A stretch of DNA of 64,000 nucleotides from an uncultured Candidatus Saccharibacteria bacterium. Its GTDB lineage: Bacteria; Patescibacteriota; Doudnabacteria; UBA920; 2-01-FULL-46-14. This document shows, piece after piece, positions 9,848 through 19,553 of the stretch. Below the pieces are notes generated by a model. That model made no database searches. It worked only from the letters and a program-made list of their open reading frames with translations, and had not been told where the DNA came from. Location of the stretch: NCBI GenBank assembly GCA_964565195.1, contig CAZMCQ010000002.1, positions 82,161 to 146,160 of the forward strand, read 5' to 3'. Made by a program: the position numbers and the translations under genes. The stretch's first letter is position 1. Every line of letters begins with the position of its first letter.

Positions 9848-10581
9848 CCTTTCTGCCTGAAATAGGCTTCCCGTATTCTTGCCTTATCATGGACAAGCCG
9901 CGGCCTGGTTACATTGCCATTCGTGTACCCAAGTTTTACCATAACGATATCAAAAATGACATCGAGGGCTTCTTTTTGAACACTCGCAGCCTTTCCACAC
10001 GTTGCACCGACAAGCGTTTCTGGTCCGATGTCGAGCACTATTTCATGGTCAACCTCTCCTCCCAGTTCCACGTTTTTCTGGCAAACCATTGCGATTGTGA
10101 ATGCACCACGCTGCCGAGCCACTGCCGCGGCTGTCCGAGTGTACGGGGTGCGCCCAGTCGCCGAAATGCAGATAAGCACATCGTTCTTAGAGAGGTGCAT
10201 CGCCTCAACATCCTTGCGACCTTCTTCCGGGCTGTCTTCAAGCTCCTCGCGGCCGAATTTTTCAAAGATTGCCGACCCGCCCGCAACGCAGTAAAAGAAT
10301 TGCTCCACTTTCGCATCTTGATGATTTTGGGGGAGCTCGCGCATAACTGACATGCCGGCCACGCCGCTTCCTCCGGCGCCAATGGTGATTACCCTTCCTC
10401 CCTGCCTGACCTTGTCAATGATCACTCTCGCAGCTGTTATAAGCTGTTCTGTGGCTTGTACCAGGGCTTTATGGATTTGCTGTGATTCCTTGATCCGGTA
10501 TTTCCCGATCTTCTCTTCGTCCCAGGTGTCGATACCCACGGTTTCTTGATTGAATTCCTTGTCCGGACTCCATTGTCTCAT
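9844..10581 (-). CDS. SIS-domain protein of the N-acetylmuramic acid 6-phosphate etherase (MurQ)/GckR family
   Basis: GGRVITIGAGGSGVAGM and ICISATGRTPYTRTAAAVARQRG align with the MurQ motifs GGRLIYLGAGTSGRLG and GIAASGRTPY. Convergent with the upstream gene, sharing a CTAG stop overlap. Confidence 0.6.
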   Translation of the reverse strand: MRQWSPDKEFNQETVGIDTWDEEKIGKYRIKESQQIHKALVQATEQLITAARVIIDKVRQGGRVITIGAGGSGVAGMSVMRELPQNHQDAKVEQFFYCVAGGSAIFEKFGREELEDSPEEGRKDVEAMHLSKNDVLICISATGRTPYTRTAAAVARQRGAFTIAMVCQKNVELGGEVDHEIVLDIGPETLVGATCGKAASVQKEALDVIFDIVMVKLGYTNGNVTRPRLVHDKARIREAYFRQKG

Positions 10582-10591
10582 AATTTTTTCC

Positions 10592-11251
10592 TTAAAATGC
10601 TGAATTTATTATTTCATGGATGCTCGGATCAGCGAAGGATTCCACCATAGCTATCGCTTTGGTAAAATCATGATCCGTATTGTAGTTGTGGCGAAATGCG
10701 ATTACTCGCAACCCTGCTTCTCGCGCGGCTGTCAGGCCCGTAGTGGAGTCTTCAATCGCAATTGCATTTTCTGGTTCGACGCCCATGCTTCTCAAGGCGA
10801 ACTGGTAGCTATCTGGGGCTGGTTTGGGTTTGCGGAAATGTTCTTTGGCAACAATTCTTTCAAATCCCGACCGCAAATTGGTGATCGCCAATATCTTTTC
10901 CGCTTGTTCTAGATAGTTTCCTGTTACGACCGCTTGTCTGTAACCTTTTGCATTCAACAAATTGATCAGTGAATGAATTCCCGGGGTTGGAAAAAGAGCA
11001 GCGAACAACAATTTGTAGAACACGTCGCTATAGTGTTGTTCATCAGTCTCGATTCCGCTTTCTCGAATGAACTCTTTTCGCACGTCCTCATGCGGCCTTC
11101 CAGTTCCGTCGATTTCAAGATAAAATCCAGGCGAGATAGTTCCGCCGAAATGTTTTACGGTTTCCTGATGGGCTTTGTCTCGCAGTGGTTCACTAGGAAC
11201 AAGAGGGCCATCCAGGTCCCATAATATTGTAGGCATCAAATAACTTCCCAA
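10592..11251 (-). CDS. HAD-superfamily hydrolase (beta-phosphoglucomutase/phosphatase-like)
   Basis: N-terminal ILWDLDGPL (DxDG) motif I and a C-terminal IAIEDSTTGLTAAREAGL motif IV region. Confidence 0.7.
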   Translation of the reverse strand: MGSYLMPTILWDLDGPLVPSEPLRDKAHQETVKHFGGTISPGFYLEIDGTGRPHEDVRKEFIRESGIETDEQHYSDVFYKLLFAALFPTPGIHSLINLLNAKGYRQAVVTGNYLEQAEKILAITNLRSGFERIVAKEHFRKPKPAPDSYQFALRSMGVEPENAIAIEDSTTGLTAAREAGLRVIAFRHNYNTDHDFTKAIAMVESFADPSIHEIINSAF

Positions 11252-11422
11252 TTAAAATAAACTTTAAACGTATCATAGATCAAAAACCCCTTTTTGTGAA
11301 GACCCAGTCTTGTACAATTATCCCGTGACGGTTTGGGGTAGTTGATTTTTTGTTGAATTCCGCCGCCGATATCAGCAGTGGATTTTTTGTTGTTTTTTTG
11401 CTATATTTAGTCGCGTATTTCA

Positions 11423-13228
11423 ATGACCGAAGACCGGAAACAATATATTGTGGGCATCAATCTGCCCATGAAGTCGCGTTGCCATGAAAGCGGGGTGGCG
11501 CTTTTGGATATGGAGGGCAGTATATTATTTGCAATCAATGAGGAGCGGCTGTCGAGAAAGAAGCAAGACGGCGATTTCCCGGAAAAATCCATAGCCGCGA
11601 TGTTTGCTCATACTGGGATAAAGAAAGAAGAGATTGCCGTGGTGGCGGTGCCGACACTGTCGTTTTGGGGCAAGGTCGGGCGTGTGATGCAATTTTTGTG
11701 GCGTGAGCGGCGAAGGAGAATGTTAAATCCGGCAACGTATTTCGCTATTTGGCGCGTGGCTTTTGGCAAAAAGAGATCAGGGAGATTGGGGAAATCGGGG
11801 GAAATAAACCAGGAGCAGGATCCGTTTATGATGCGCTACCAGTGGCGCGATTTCATAAAAAAGAATTTTCCGAACGCGAAGATAAAAATGATTGACCACC
11901 ATCTCTGCCACGCCGCCTCGGCATACTACACCAGCCCCTGGGAAAACGCCTTGATTATCACCGCTGACGGCGCGGGCAATATGCTTTCTTCAATCGTCGC
12001 CGTCGGAGAAAAAGGACGGATCAGAATTTTGGACAAAACCTTCGTCCCGCACTCGCCGGGAAGTTTTTGGGGGAGTATTACCAAGGTTTGCGGTTTCCGT
12101 TCCGGGACGCGCCACGGCGGCAAAACCACTGGTCTGGCCGCGGCCGGCGACCCAAATAAACTTATTTATAAAATGCGGCAGATTATCTCCTGCGATGGAA
12201 TTCGATTTCACGTTCGCGAAGAGTTGCTGTTTGATCCGCAGCGTCTCATCCCGAACTGGTCGAGTTATGAGCCAGAGCGGCTTAAGAATTTCCTGGGAGA
12301 AAATTCGCGCGAGGATGTGGCGGCGGCGGCGCAGAAACGGCTCGAAGAAATCATCGTGGAACTTGTGCGAAATGCTCGCAAGGTCGTGCCTTTTGACAAA
12401 GTCGTAATGGCTGGCGGCACTTTTGCCAACGTGCTTGTTAATGAAAAAGTTTTGGAACTTCCGGGAATTGACGATGTCTACATTTGCCCGGCCATGTCAG
12501 ATGGTGGTTTGGCCGTGGGTGCCGCGCTGTATACCCTTTCTAGGATTAAAAAATTTTTGCCGCGGCCGATTGGCAATGTTTATCTGGGGCCGAAATATTC
12601 GGAAGGTGCAATTAAGAATTATTTAGAAAAAATTGGCGCGAAATTCGAGCTGATGAATCGGCCAGCGACAAAAATTGCTGAGCTCATTCATAACAACAAG
12701 GTCGTCGCGTTCTACCAGGGCCGGATGGAGTGGGGGCCGCGCGCGCTGGGCAACCGTTCAATTCTTTACGCGGCCAAAGACCCGAAAGTAAATGACTGGC
12801 TCAATAAAAAGCTGCGGCGCAGCGAGTTTATGCCCTTTGCCCCGGTGACTCTGATTGAGCACATTAAAGACTGCTACATCGGCATTGCGGACGACCCCTT
12901 GGCGGCAAAATATATGACCATTACCTATCAGTGCACAGACCAAATGAAGCGCGAATCCCCGGCGTGCGCGCACCTCGACGGCACCGCGCGTCCGCAGGTG
13001 ATAAAGCGCGAGGATAATCCATATTATTACGACATTTTGAGCGAATACCACAAACTTTCCGGTATTCCGACCATCATAAATACGAGTTTCAATATGCACG
13101 AAGAGCCGATCGTCTGTCAGCCGGAAGACGCAGTCCGCGCCTTTCTTGACTCTGGGCTTGACTGCCTGGTAATGGAGAATTATCTTTTAAGACTGGAAGA
13201 AAATGAACCCCGTTCAATCCAACTTTGA
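11423..13228 (+). CDS. Carbamoyltransferase, NodU/CmcH family (O-carbamoylation of a sugar)
   Basis: 601 aa. N-terminal Kae1/YgjD-like fold (IVGINLPMKSRCHESGVALL, HHLCHAASAY) and a C-terminal carbamoyltransferase domain. Confidence 0.75.
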   Translation: MTEDRKQYIVGINLPMKSRCHESGVALLDMEGSILFAINEERLSRKKQDGDFPEKSIAAMFAHTGIKKEEIAVVAVPTLSFWGKVGRVMQFLWRERRRRMLNPATYFAIWRVAFGKKRSGRLGKSGEINQEQDPFMMRYQWRDFIKKNFPNAKIKMIDHHLCHAASAYYTSPWENALIITADGAGNMLSSIVAVGEKGRIRILDKTFVPHSPGSFWGSITKVCGFRSGTRHGGKTTGLAAAGDPNKLIYKMRQIISCDGIRFHVREELLFDPQRLIPNWSSYEPERLKNFLGENSREDVAAAAQKRLEEIIVELVRNARKVVPFDKVVMAGGTFANVLVNEKVLELPGIDDVYICPAMSDGGLAVGAALYTLSRIKKFLPRPIGNVYLGPKYSEGAIKNYLEKIGAKFELMNRPATKIAELIHNNKVVAFYQGRMEWGPRALGNRSILYAAKDPKVNDWLNKKLRRSEFMPFAPVTLIEHIKDCYIGIADDPLAAKYMTITYQCTDQMKRESPACAHLDGTARPQVIKREDNPYYYDILSEYHKLSGIPTIINTSFNMHEEPIVCQPEDAVRAFLDSGLDCLVMENYLLRLEENEPRSIQL

Positions 13229-13267
13229 TATAATGCTTACCATAATTAATTATAAGGATCGAACGAG

Positions 13268-14425
13268 GTGAAGATTTGCGTAGTCGCCTATAAATTTGGC
13301 ACGGAACAGGAAATCGGCGAGCATCTCGGCACTTATCACTATTTCATTGAGAAGATGCGCCGGCTGGCGCGGCTTGGAAATGAAGTCTATGTGATCGCGC
13401 CGTGGCTTTCGTATTTCAAAAAAGGCAGCACCGAAGTTGATGGCGTAAAAATTCTGCGCTATTATCCGCCATTTCAGAACCGCCCCAAGTTGAGAGTTTT
13501 GAATAATTTATTGCGCTGGTGGTATATCAAAGCAACGCAGATGCAAGTTTCAAAATTGGACAAACAAACTTCGTTGGATATTATCTACGTCTGGCAGGCG
13601 CGGGAGACTGGTTATGCCGTGGCACAAATTGTCGACAAGCTTCGCGCGCCCTTTGTTTTCCGGCAGATCACGGCTTGGGAGTGGCATTTCCAAAAAGGTA
13701 TGCCGGATCGCGCGGCGCAGATGAAATTTGCCAAAGTGATCTATGACACGGCAAAGAAAGTTGTGTTTGTGAGCCGCGCGGCTTCCGAAGAAGGGCGCCG
13801 TGCCGGACTTTCAGAAGAAAAAATTGCGATAATTGGCGTTGGAATAGAAACCGATTTTTTTCAGCCGCGGGATGTGAAAATAGAATGGGATGTTTCGTTC
13901 ATTGGGCGGATCAATTTTGCCGAGAAAGGCATTGGTTATCTGCTGGAGGCAATGCCGGAGATTGTTAAGATTATTCCCAGCGCCAAACTTGGCATTATCG
14001 GCGGCGGTGGCGAGACACCACGGATGCGGGAGTTTATTAAAGATTTAGGAATCGAAAAAAATGTGGAACTGCTCGGGCAACAGCCGTTTTCCAAGCTGCC
14101 TGCATATCTAAATTCCTCCAAAATTTTAGTTGTGCCTTCTGCGTGGGTCGAACATTTCGGCCAGGTGACGGTGGAGGGTATGGCTTCAGGAATTCCAGTC
14201 GTGAATACGAACATCGGCGGCAGTCCGGAGATAAATACCGACGGCCAGACCGGGCTCATCGTTCCGCCAAAAGATTCACATGCTTTGGCCGCAGCAATCA
14301 TAAAATTACTGACCGACGATGAATTAAGGCAAAGAATGGGCCGCGCGGCGCGCGAGCGCGTCCTGCAAAATTACACATATGATGTTTTGGTCAATAAATT
14401 CCTGGAGCTTGTAATAAATGTCTAA
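13268..14425 (+). CDS. GT4-family glycosyltransferase (GTG start)
   Basis: EHFGQVTVEGMASGIPVVNTNIGGSPEI GT4 motif, 385 aa. Confidence 0.75.
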   Translation: MKICVVAYKFGTEQEIGEHLGTYHYFIEKMRRLARLGNEVYVIAPWLSYFKKGSTEVDGVKILRYYPPFQNRPKLRVLNNLLRWWYIKATQMQVSKLDKQTSLDIIYVWQARETGYAVAQIVDKLRAPFVFRQITAWEWHFQKGMPDRAAQMKFAKVIYDTAKKVVFVSRAASEEGRRAGLSEEKIAIIGVGIETDFFQPRDVKIEWDVSFIGRINFAEKGIGYLLEAMPEIVKIIPSAKLGIIGGGGETPRMREFIKDLGIEKNVELLGQQPFSKLPAYLNSSKILVVPSAWVEHFGQVTVEGMASGIPVVNTNIGGSPEINTDGQTGLIVPPKDSHALAAAIIKLLTDDELRQRMGRAARERVLQNYTYDVLVNKFLELVINV

Positions 14426-15122
14426 AGTCGTCTTCATTTCCGGCGGCAGCCGCGGCATCGGCGCCGCGACCGTGCTACGTTTCGCGAGGGAGAAGTTTGA
14501 TATTGCCTTTACTTATAATGAAGGACAGGGCGAAGCTTCGGCGGTTGCGGAAAAAGCAAAAAGTTTGGGATCGCCTGAAGTTTTGACCATGCGACTTGAT
14601 ATGGAAAATGACGAAAATATCAGAAACGTTGTAAAAATCGCCCACGAGAAGTTTGGCAAGATCGACATTCTGATAAACAATGCGGGAACTTTTGAACGGG
14701 GAACGCTTTCCGAGCAGACTTTTGCTGTCATCCATCGCCAGATTGCGGCCAATCTCGAAGGTATGATCAAGCTCACCCACGAATTTTTGCCCTACGTCAA
14801 AGAAGCCATCATAAATATTGCAAGTGTGGTTGGGTTTCTCGGCAAACCTCGAATTTCCGTCTACACAGCGACCAAATGGGGCGTGCGCGGTTTTACCAAA
14901 TCCCTCGCCAGAGAGTACCCAGATCTACGCATATACGTCGTTAATCCCGGGCTGACCGATACCCGAATGGGCCGGCCCGAGGGCATGCCGGCGGAAAAAG
15001 TGGCCGAAACAATTTTTGACGCGGCGACTGGGAAACGCCGCCTTGCCAGCGGCAGTGATATTGCGGTAAAATCAAATCTTTACTTCTTAAAGTCGTTGAT
15101 GAAAAAATTATTGGGACGATGA
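14418..15122 (+). CDS. Short-chain dehydrogenase/reductase (SDR) family oxidoreductase
   Basis: VVFISGGSRGIGAAT glycine-rich NAD(P)-binding motif, NNAG, YTATKWGVRG (YxxxK). Confidence 0.8.
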   Translation: MSKVVFISGGSRGIGAATVLRFAREKFDIAFTYNEGQGEASAVAEKAKSLGSPEVLTMRLDMENDENIRNVVKIAHEKFGKIDILINNAGTFERGTLSEQTFAVIHRQIAANLEGMIKLTHEFLPYVKEAIINIASVVGFLGKPRISVYTATKWGVRGFTKSLAREYPDLRIYVVNPGLTDTRMGRPEGMPAEKVAETIFDAATGKRRLASGSDIAVKSNLYFLKSLMKKLLGR

Positions 15123-16291
15123 GGATCATCTATTTAGATAGTGGACGACTACCGACCGAAAAAGCGCACGGCCTGCAGATCATGAAGATGTGCGAAGCGT
15201 TTGCGGCAGGTGGCGCGGAAGTGGAGCTCGTCATTTCTTCCAGAAAAAACCCTGGAGCCGGCGATCCGTTTGAGTATTATCAAGTCAAGCGCAATTTCGA
15301 AATTACCAGGCTTTGGTCGCTGGATCTGGTCAATATTGTTTCAAAATACGGCAGTTGGCTGTCGCGATTAAGTTTTATTTTCACAGCGAAGCGATATTTG
15401 AAATCTCAAAGGTATGATGTTTTGTATCTTCGTGAACATATGAGTGGCCTGTTTTTCCGAAACTTTGTTTTGGAACTCCACATTCTCCCGCAAAAAATCC
15501 GACGTGCGGATTTAAAAATTTGGCAGAAGGCGAGAAAGCTCGTTGTGCTTACCAGCCACACGAAGAAGTTGCTCGTCGAGCACGGAATTCCTGAAGGAAA
15601 AATTCTGGTCGCACCGGATGCGGTTGAAGCCGCAAAATTCGAAATTCGAAATTCGAAATTCGAAACGAGGACAGCATTGGGACTGCCGCAGGATAAAAAG
15701 ATCGTGATGTACACTGGGCATGTCTATGAGTGGAAAGGCGCAGATGTATTGCTGGAAGCCGCTCGATTGTCGTCATTGCGAGCGCCAGCGAAGCAATCCC
15801 AAAGTGGCGAGATTGCTTCGTCGACCGAGGCTCCTCGCAATGACCAAGATATGCTTTTCATCTTCGTCGGCGGCACGGACTGGGATATGCAGAGATTCCG
15901 GCCGCTGGCCGAAGGGCTTGCCAATGTTTTGTTGCTCGGCCAGAAACCCCATGACTTGATTCCAAAATATCTGGGCGCAGCGGATATTTTAGTTTTGCCC
16001 AATTCCGGCAAATCCGATATTTCCAAATACTACACCTCGCCGCTGAAAATGTTTGAATACATGGCTGCTGGCAAACCAATCGTGGCCTCGGATCTGCCGG
16101 CTATCCGGGAGGTTTTAAATGAAAATAATGCTGTCTTGGTCAGGCCGGACGACCCGCAAGCTCTGGCACAAGGCATAAAAAGAATTTTGGAAAATCCGGA
16201 TTTGGGGACGAAACTGGCCAATCAGGCGCGTCTTGACGTGGCCAGCTACAACTGGCCAGCTCGCGCGCAAAAGATTATGATGTCATTATGA
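15119..16291 (+). CDS. GT4-family glycosyltransferase carrying a 7-bp tandem repeat and a 73-bp palindromic insert inside the CDS
   Basis: GT-B C-terminal motif (TSPLKMFEYMAAGKPIVASDLPAIREV). Internal segments FEIRNSKFET (from the AAATTCG x4 repeat) and SSLRAPAKQSQSGEIASSTEAPRNDQDM (from the palindrome). Confidence 0.7.
   Translation: MRIIYLDSGRLPTEKAHGLQIMKMCEAFAAGGAEVELVISSRKNPGAGDPFEYYQVKRNFEITRLWSLDLVNIVSKYGSWLSRLSFIFTAKRYLKSQRYDVLYLREHMSGLFFRNFVLELHILPQKIRRADLKIWQKARKLVVLTSHTKKLLVEHGIPEGKILVAPDAVEAAKFEIRNSKFETRTALGLPQDKKIVMYTGHVYEWKGADVLLEAARLSSLRAPAKQSQSGEIASSTEAPRNDQDMLFIFVGGTDWDMQRFRPLAEGLANVLLLGQKPHDLIPKYLGAADILVLPNSGKSDISKYYTSPLKMFEYMAAGKPIVASDLPAIREVLNENNAVLVRPDDPQALAQGIKRILENPDLGTKLANQARLDVASYNWPARAQKIMMSL
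15635..15667. repeat. Heptanucleotide tandem repeat (AAATTCG)x4 plus a partial unit, inside a GT4 CDS
   Basis: Four perfect 7-bp units at 15635-15662 followed by AAACG. The unit length is not a multiple of 3. Confidence 0.85.
15772..15844. repeat. 73-bp imperfect palindrome of a second type, in-frame inside a GT4 gene
   Basis: GTCATTGCGAG...CGAAGCAATC..(center)..GATTGCTTCG...CTCGCAATGAC. Outer and inner arm pairs are reverse complements. Confidence 0.7.
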
Positions 16292-17226
16292 AAATTTTAA
16301 TTACGGGCGGGGCCGGTTTTATCGGCTCCAATTTGGTCAATGTGTTAATAAAAAAAGACAAGGTTGTGGTTATCGACAATATGTTTTTGGGCAAGAAAGA
16401 ATTTATTCAATCAGCGATTGATGGTGGGCGGGTGGAATTTTATGAGCAGGATCTTTTGGATTTCCCCAAGACGCTCGAGGTATTTGAGAAGCATAAGTTT
16501 GATTTGGTTTTTCATATGTCCGCGAATTCCGACATCTCCTATGGCACGAAAAACACGGATTGGGATTTAAAGCAGGAGACGCTGGTAACCTACAATGTTT
16601 TGGAGAGCATGCGCCGGACCGGGGTGCAAAAGATAGTTTTTGCCTCCACTTCGGCAATCTACGGAGAAGCGCCGGTCAAACCGATTGCCGAAGATTACGG
16701 GCCGCTTTTGCCGATCTCTTTTTATGGCGCCGGCAAGCTCGCCAGCGAGGGACTGATCACCGCGTTTTGCCATAATTACGATTTGCAGGCGTGGCTGTTC
16801 CGCTTTGCCAATATTGTCGGCCGCAATGGTACGCACGGCGTGCTCGTGGACTTTATCAAAAAATTGCGGGCGAATCCGAAAGTTCTGGAAGTCTTAGGCG
16901 ACGGGAGGCAGGCGAAACCCTATCTGCATGTGGACGACTGCGTGGCTGGGATGCTCTTTGGGTATACCAATTCGCGCGAAAAGGTAAACTACTACAATTT
17001 AGCTTGCGAGGGGGCAACGCCAGTAGCAAAAATTGCCGAGCTGGTGATTGCAGCTATGAAGCTGGAAAACGTCGCGATTCATTACACCGGCGGCGCGCGC
17101 GGCTGGGCCGGCGACGTGCCGCAGGTGCGGCTTGATGCAGACAAACTTGCGCGCCTTGGCTGGAAGGCCAGTATGAGTTCCGACGAGGCAGTGAACAGAG
17201 CGATTAACGATCTCTTGAAGCAATGA
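16288..17226 (+). CDS. NAD-dependent epimerase/dehydratase (extended SDR)
   Basis: ILITGGAGFIGSNLV Rossmann motif and YGAGKLASE YxxxK motif. Confidence 0.75.
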   Translation: MKILITGGAGFIGSNLVNVLIKKDKVVVIDNMFLGKKEFIQSAIDGGRVEFYEQDLLDFPKTLEVFEKHKFDLVFHMSANSDISYGTKNTDWDLKQETLVTYNVLESMRRTGVQKIVFASTSAIYGEAPVKPIAEDYGPLLPISFYGAGKLASEGLITAFCHNYDLQAWLFRFANIVGRNGTHGVLVDFIKKLRANPKVLEVLGDGRQAKPYLHVDDCVAGMLFGYTNSREKVNYYNLACEGATPVAKIAELVIAAMKLENVAIHYTGGARGWAGDVPQVRLDADKLARLGWKASMSSDEAVNRAINDLLKQ

Positions 17227-18545
17227 AAGCAGTGATTGTCGCGGGCGGCAAAGGCACGCGCATGGCCAAACTTGGAGCAGTTATTCCCAAAGCGCTCATT
17301 CCGATCGCGGGCAAGCCGCTGATTGCTTACCAGATTGAAAATCTAAAAAGGCATGGATTGAGAGATGTCCTCCTCATCATCAATCACTTAGGTGAGCAGA
17401 TAAAAAAATACTGCGGCAACGGCCGGCGGTTCGGCGTAAAAATTACCTATTATGAGGAGCAAAAACCGCTCGGCACTGCCGGCGCGATCAAACTTCTCGA
17501 AAAAAAATTAAAAAATGATTTCATCGTCATCTATGGCGATGTTTTGATAAATGTCGATTTTACGCGCCTTATTAAGCAGCATAATCGAAACAAACTGACT
17601 GCAAAAAATTTGGCCGGCACCCTCGTCCTCCACCCCAATGACCACCCGTTCGACAGCGATCTCGTCGAGGCAGATGAAAACGGGCGCATTACCAGATTTA
17701 TTTCCAAACCCCATCGCGCAGGATTTTATTTTCGCAATCTCGTCAACGCGGGGTTGTATGTTTTGACGCCGCGTATTCACCGTTTTATTCCGAAAAATAA
17801 GGCGGCGGATTTTGGCAAACATATTTTCCCGCGCGTTTTAGAGCAAAACGGGGCGCTGTTCGCTTACAATACGCCGGAATACCTCAAAGATATGGGTACG
17901 CCCAAGCGGCGGAGAGAAGTCGAGATCGCCGTTCGGTCAGGCAAATTCAAAAGGAGCAATTTATCTCACAAACGGCCGGCGATTTTTATGGATCGCGATG
18001 GCGTGATCAATGAGGAGGTGGGCGACATTCGCCGCATAGAGGATTTCAAGCTGATTCCGAATTCCGCAAAGGCGATCAAACTCATCAATCAGCATAACTA
18101 TTTCGCGGTGGTGATTTCCAATCAGCCCCAGGTAGCCAAGGGTTTTTGTCGTTATGAGGATATTTTGGAATTCCATAAAAAAATGGAAACCCTGATTGCA
18201 GAGGGAGAGGGTGCCAAACTCGACGCCATCTATTTCTGTCCGCATCATCCAGACAAAGGCTTTCCCGGAGAAAATAAAAAATACAAGATTATCTGCGAGT
18301 GCCGAAAACCCAAAACCGGCCTGGCTCGCCGGGCCATTCGCGATCTCAACATTGCTCTCAAAAACAGCGTGATGATCGGCGACTCGACCCGCGATGCCAA
18401 GCTCGCGGAGAACCTCGGGATCCGATTTATCGGGGTCAAAACCGGCGAGGGAGTGAGGGACGGGATTTATAAGCTGAAAGCAAAGCCGAAAGTTTATAAA
18501 AATCTGCTCGCTGCAGTGCGCGTAATAGGCTTGCCTAAGTCCTGA
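17223..18545 (+). CDS. Bifunctional D-glycero-D-manno-heptose 1-phosphate guanylyltransferase (HddC-like) / D,D-heptose 1,7-bisphosphate phosphatase (GmhB-like)
   Basis: N-terminal sugar-phosphate nucleotidyltransferase motif (VIVAGGKGTRMAKLGAVIPKALIPIAGKPLI). C-terminal HAD-IIIA GmhB motifs (FMDRDGVIN, VISNQPQVAKG, YFCPHHPD, CECRKPKTG). Confidence 0.8.
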   Translation: MKAVIVAGGKGTRMAKLGAVIPKALIPIAGKPLIAYQIENLKRHGLRDVLLIINHLGEQIKKYCGNGRRFGVKITYYEEQKPLGTAGAIKLLEKKLKNDFIVIYGDVLINVDFTRLIKQHNRNKLTAKNLAGTLVLHPNDHPFDSDLVEADENGRITRFISKPHRAGFYFRNLVNAGLYVLTPRIHRFIPKNKAADFGKHIFPRVLEQNGALFAYNTPEYLKDMGTPKRRREVEIAVRSGKFKRSNLSHKRPAIFMDRDGVINEEVGDIRRIEDFKLIPNSAKAIKLINQHNYFAVVISNQPQVAKGFCRYEDILEFHKKMETLIAEGEGAKLDAIYFCPHHPDKGFPGENKKYKIICECRKPKTGLARRAIRDLNIALKNSVMIGDSTRDAKLAENLGIRFIGVKTGEGVRDGIYKLKAKPKVYKNLLAAVRVIGLPKS

Positions 18546-18568
18546 AAGGGTGTTAAATTATCTAGGTT

Positions 18569-19552
18569 ATGATTATCTCCAAAACGCCACTGCGGATCAG
18601 TTTTGTAGGCGGGGGCAGCGATTTGCGGTCCTTTTATGAACAGGCCGAAGAGGGTGGCGCAGTTGTTACCACAGCCATCAACAAACACATCTACGTCAGC
18701 GTCAATAAAAAATTTGACAACAGCATCCGCGTCAGTTACTCGAAGACCGAGGAGGTCGAGTACGCGGAAGATCTGGAACATCCGATCGTTCGCGAGGTGC
18801 TGAAGCTGCTGAATCTGTACGGTCTGGAGATTACGTCCGTTGCGGATATTCCCTCGCGGGGAACCGGCCTGGGCTCCTCGAGCGCGTTTACGGTCGGGCT
18901 GTTGCGCGCCCTTCACGCTTACCAGCGGAAATTTATCACGGCCGAGGAACTTGCGGAGCAGGCCGCCCGGATCGAAATTGAGATCTTGAAAGAGCCGATC
19001 GGCAAGCAGGATCAGTATGGCACGGCCATCGGGGGACTTAAGCTGTTGCGGTTTCATCGCGACGGACAGGTGAGCGTGGAGCCGATTTTTTGTCTGCGCG
19101 AGACCTGCCACGCGCTGGAAAAGAATATGATGCTCCTCTACACTGGCCTCACCCGCAGCGCTGGGGCGATTCTTTCGCGGCAGCAGGCCAACATGGCGGC
19201 GGATCAGAAAAAACATGAGCTTATGAAAAAGATGGTGCAGCTCGCGCACGATTTGCACCGCGAGTTAAAACAGAACCGACACGAAACCTTTGGCGACATT
19301 TTGCACGCCAACTGGATGTACAAAAAAGAACTGGCAGAAGGCATCACGAGTCCGGAGATTGACCTCTGGTACGAGACCGCGCGTCGCCATGGCGCCACCG
19401 GCGGCAAGCTCTTGGGCGCGGGCGGCGGCGGATTTTTGCTGATTTACGCGCCGCAGGAAAAACACGAAACGATCAAACGGGCGCTGCCTGACCTTCGCCG
19501 CGTGGATTTTCAGTTCGAGAATCAGGGCAGCCAGATTATTTTTATTCATTGA
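18569..19552 (+). CDS. GHMP-family kinase, D-glycero-alpha-D-manno-heptose 7-phosphate kinase (HddA)-like
   Basis: N-terminal KTPLRISFVGGGSDL motif and GHMP ATP-binding motif PSRGTGLGSSSA. Confidence 0.75.
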   Translation: MIISKTPLRISFVGGGSDLRSFYEQAEEGGAVVTTAINKHIYVSVNKKFDNSIRVSYSKTEEVEYAEDLEHPIVREVLKLLNLYGLEITSVADIPSRGTGLGSSSAFTVGLLRALHAYQRKFITAEELAEQAARIEIEILKEPIGKQDQYGTAIGGLKLLRFHRDGQVSVEPIFCLRETCHALEKNMMLLYTGLTRSAGAILSRQQANMAADQKKHELMKKMVQLAHDLHRELKQNRHETFGDILHANWMYKKELAEGITSPEIDLWYETARRHGATGGKLLGAGGGGFLLIYAPQEKHETIKRALPDLRRVDFQFENQGSQIIFIH

Positions 19553-19553
19553 T

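Noticed and set aside
18195-18215. GCAGAGGGAGAGGGTGCC in the HddC-GmhB gene resembling an element arm
   Set aside because: No inverted partner. It encodes AEGEGAK within a normal GmhB alignment block.
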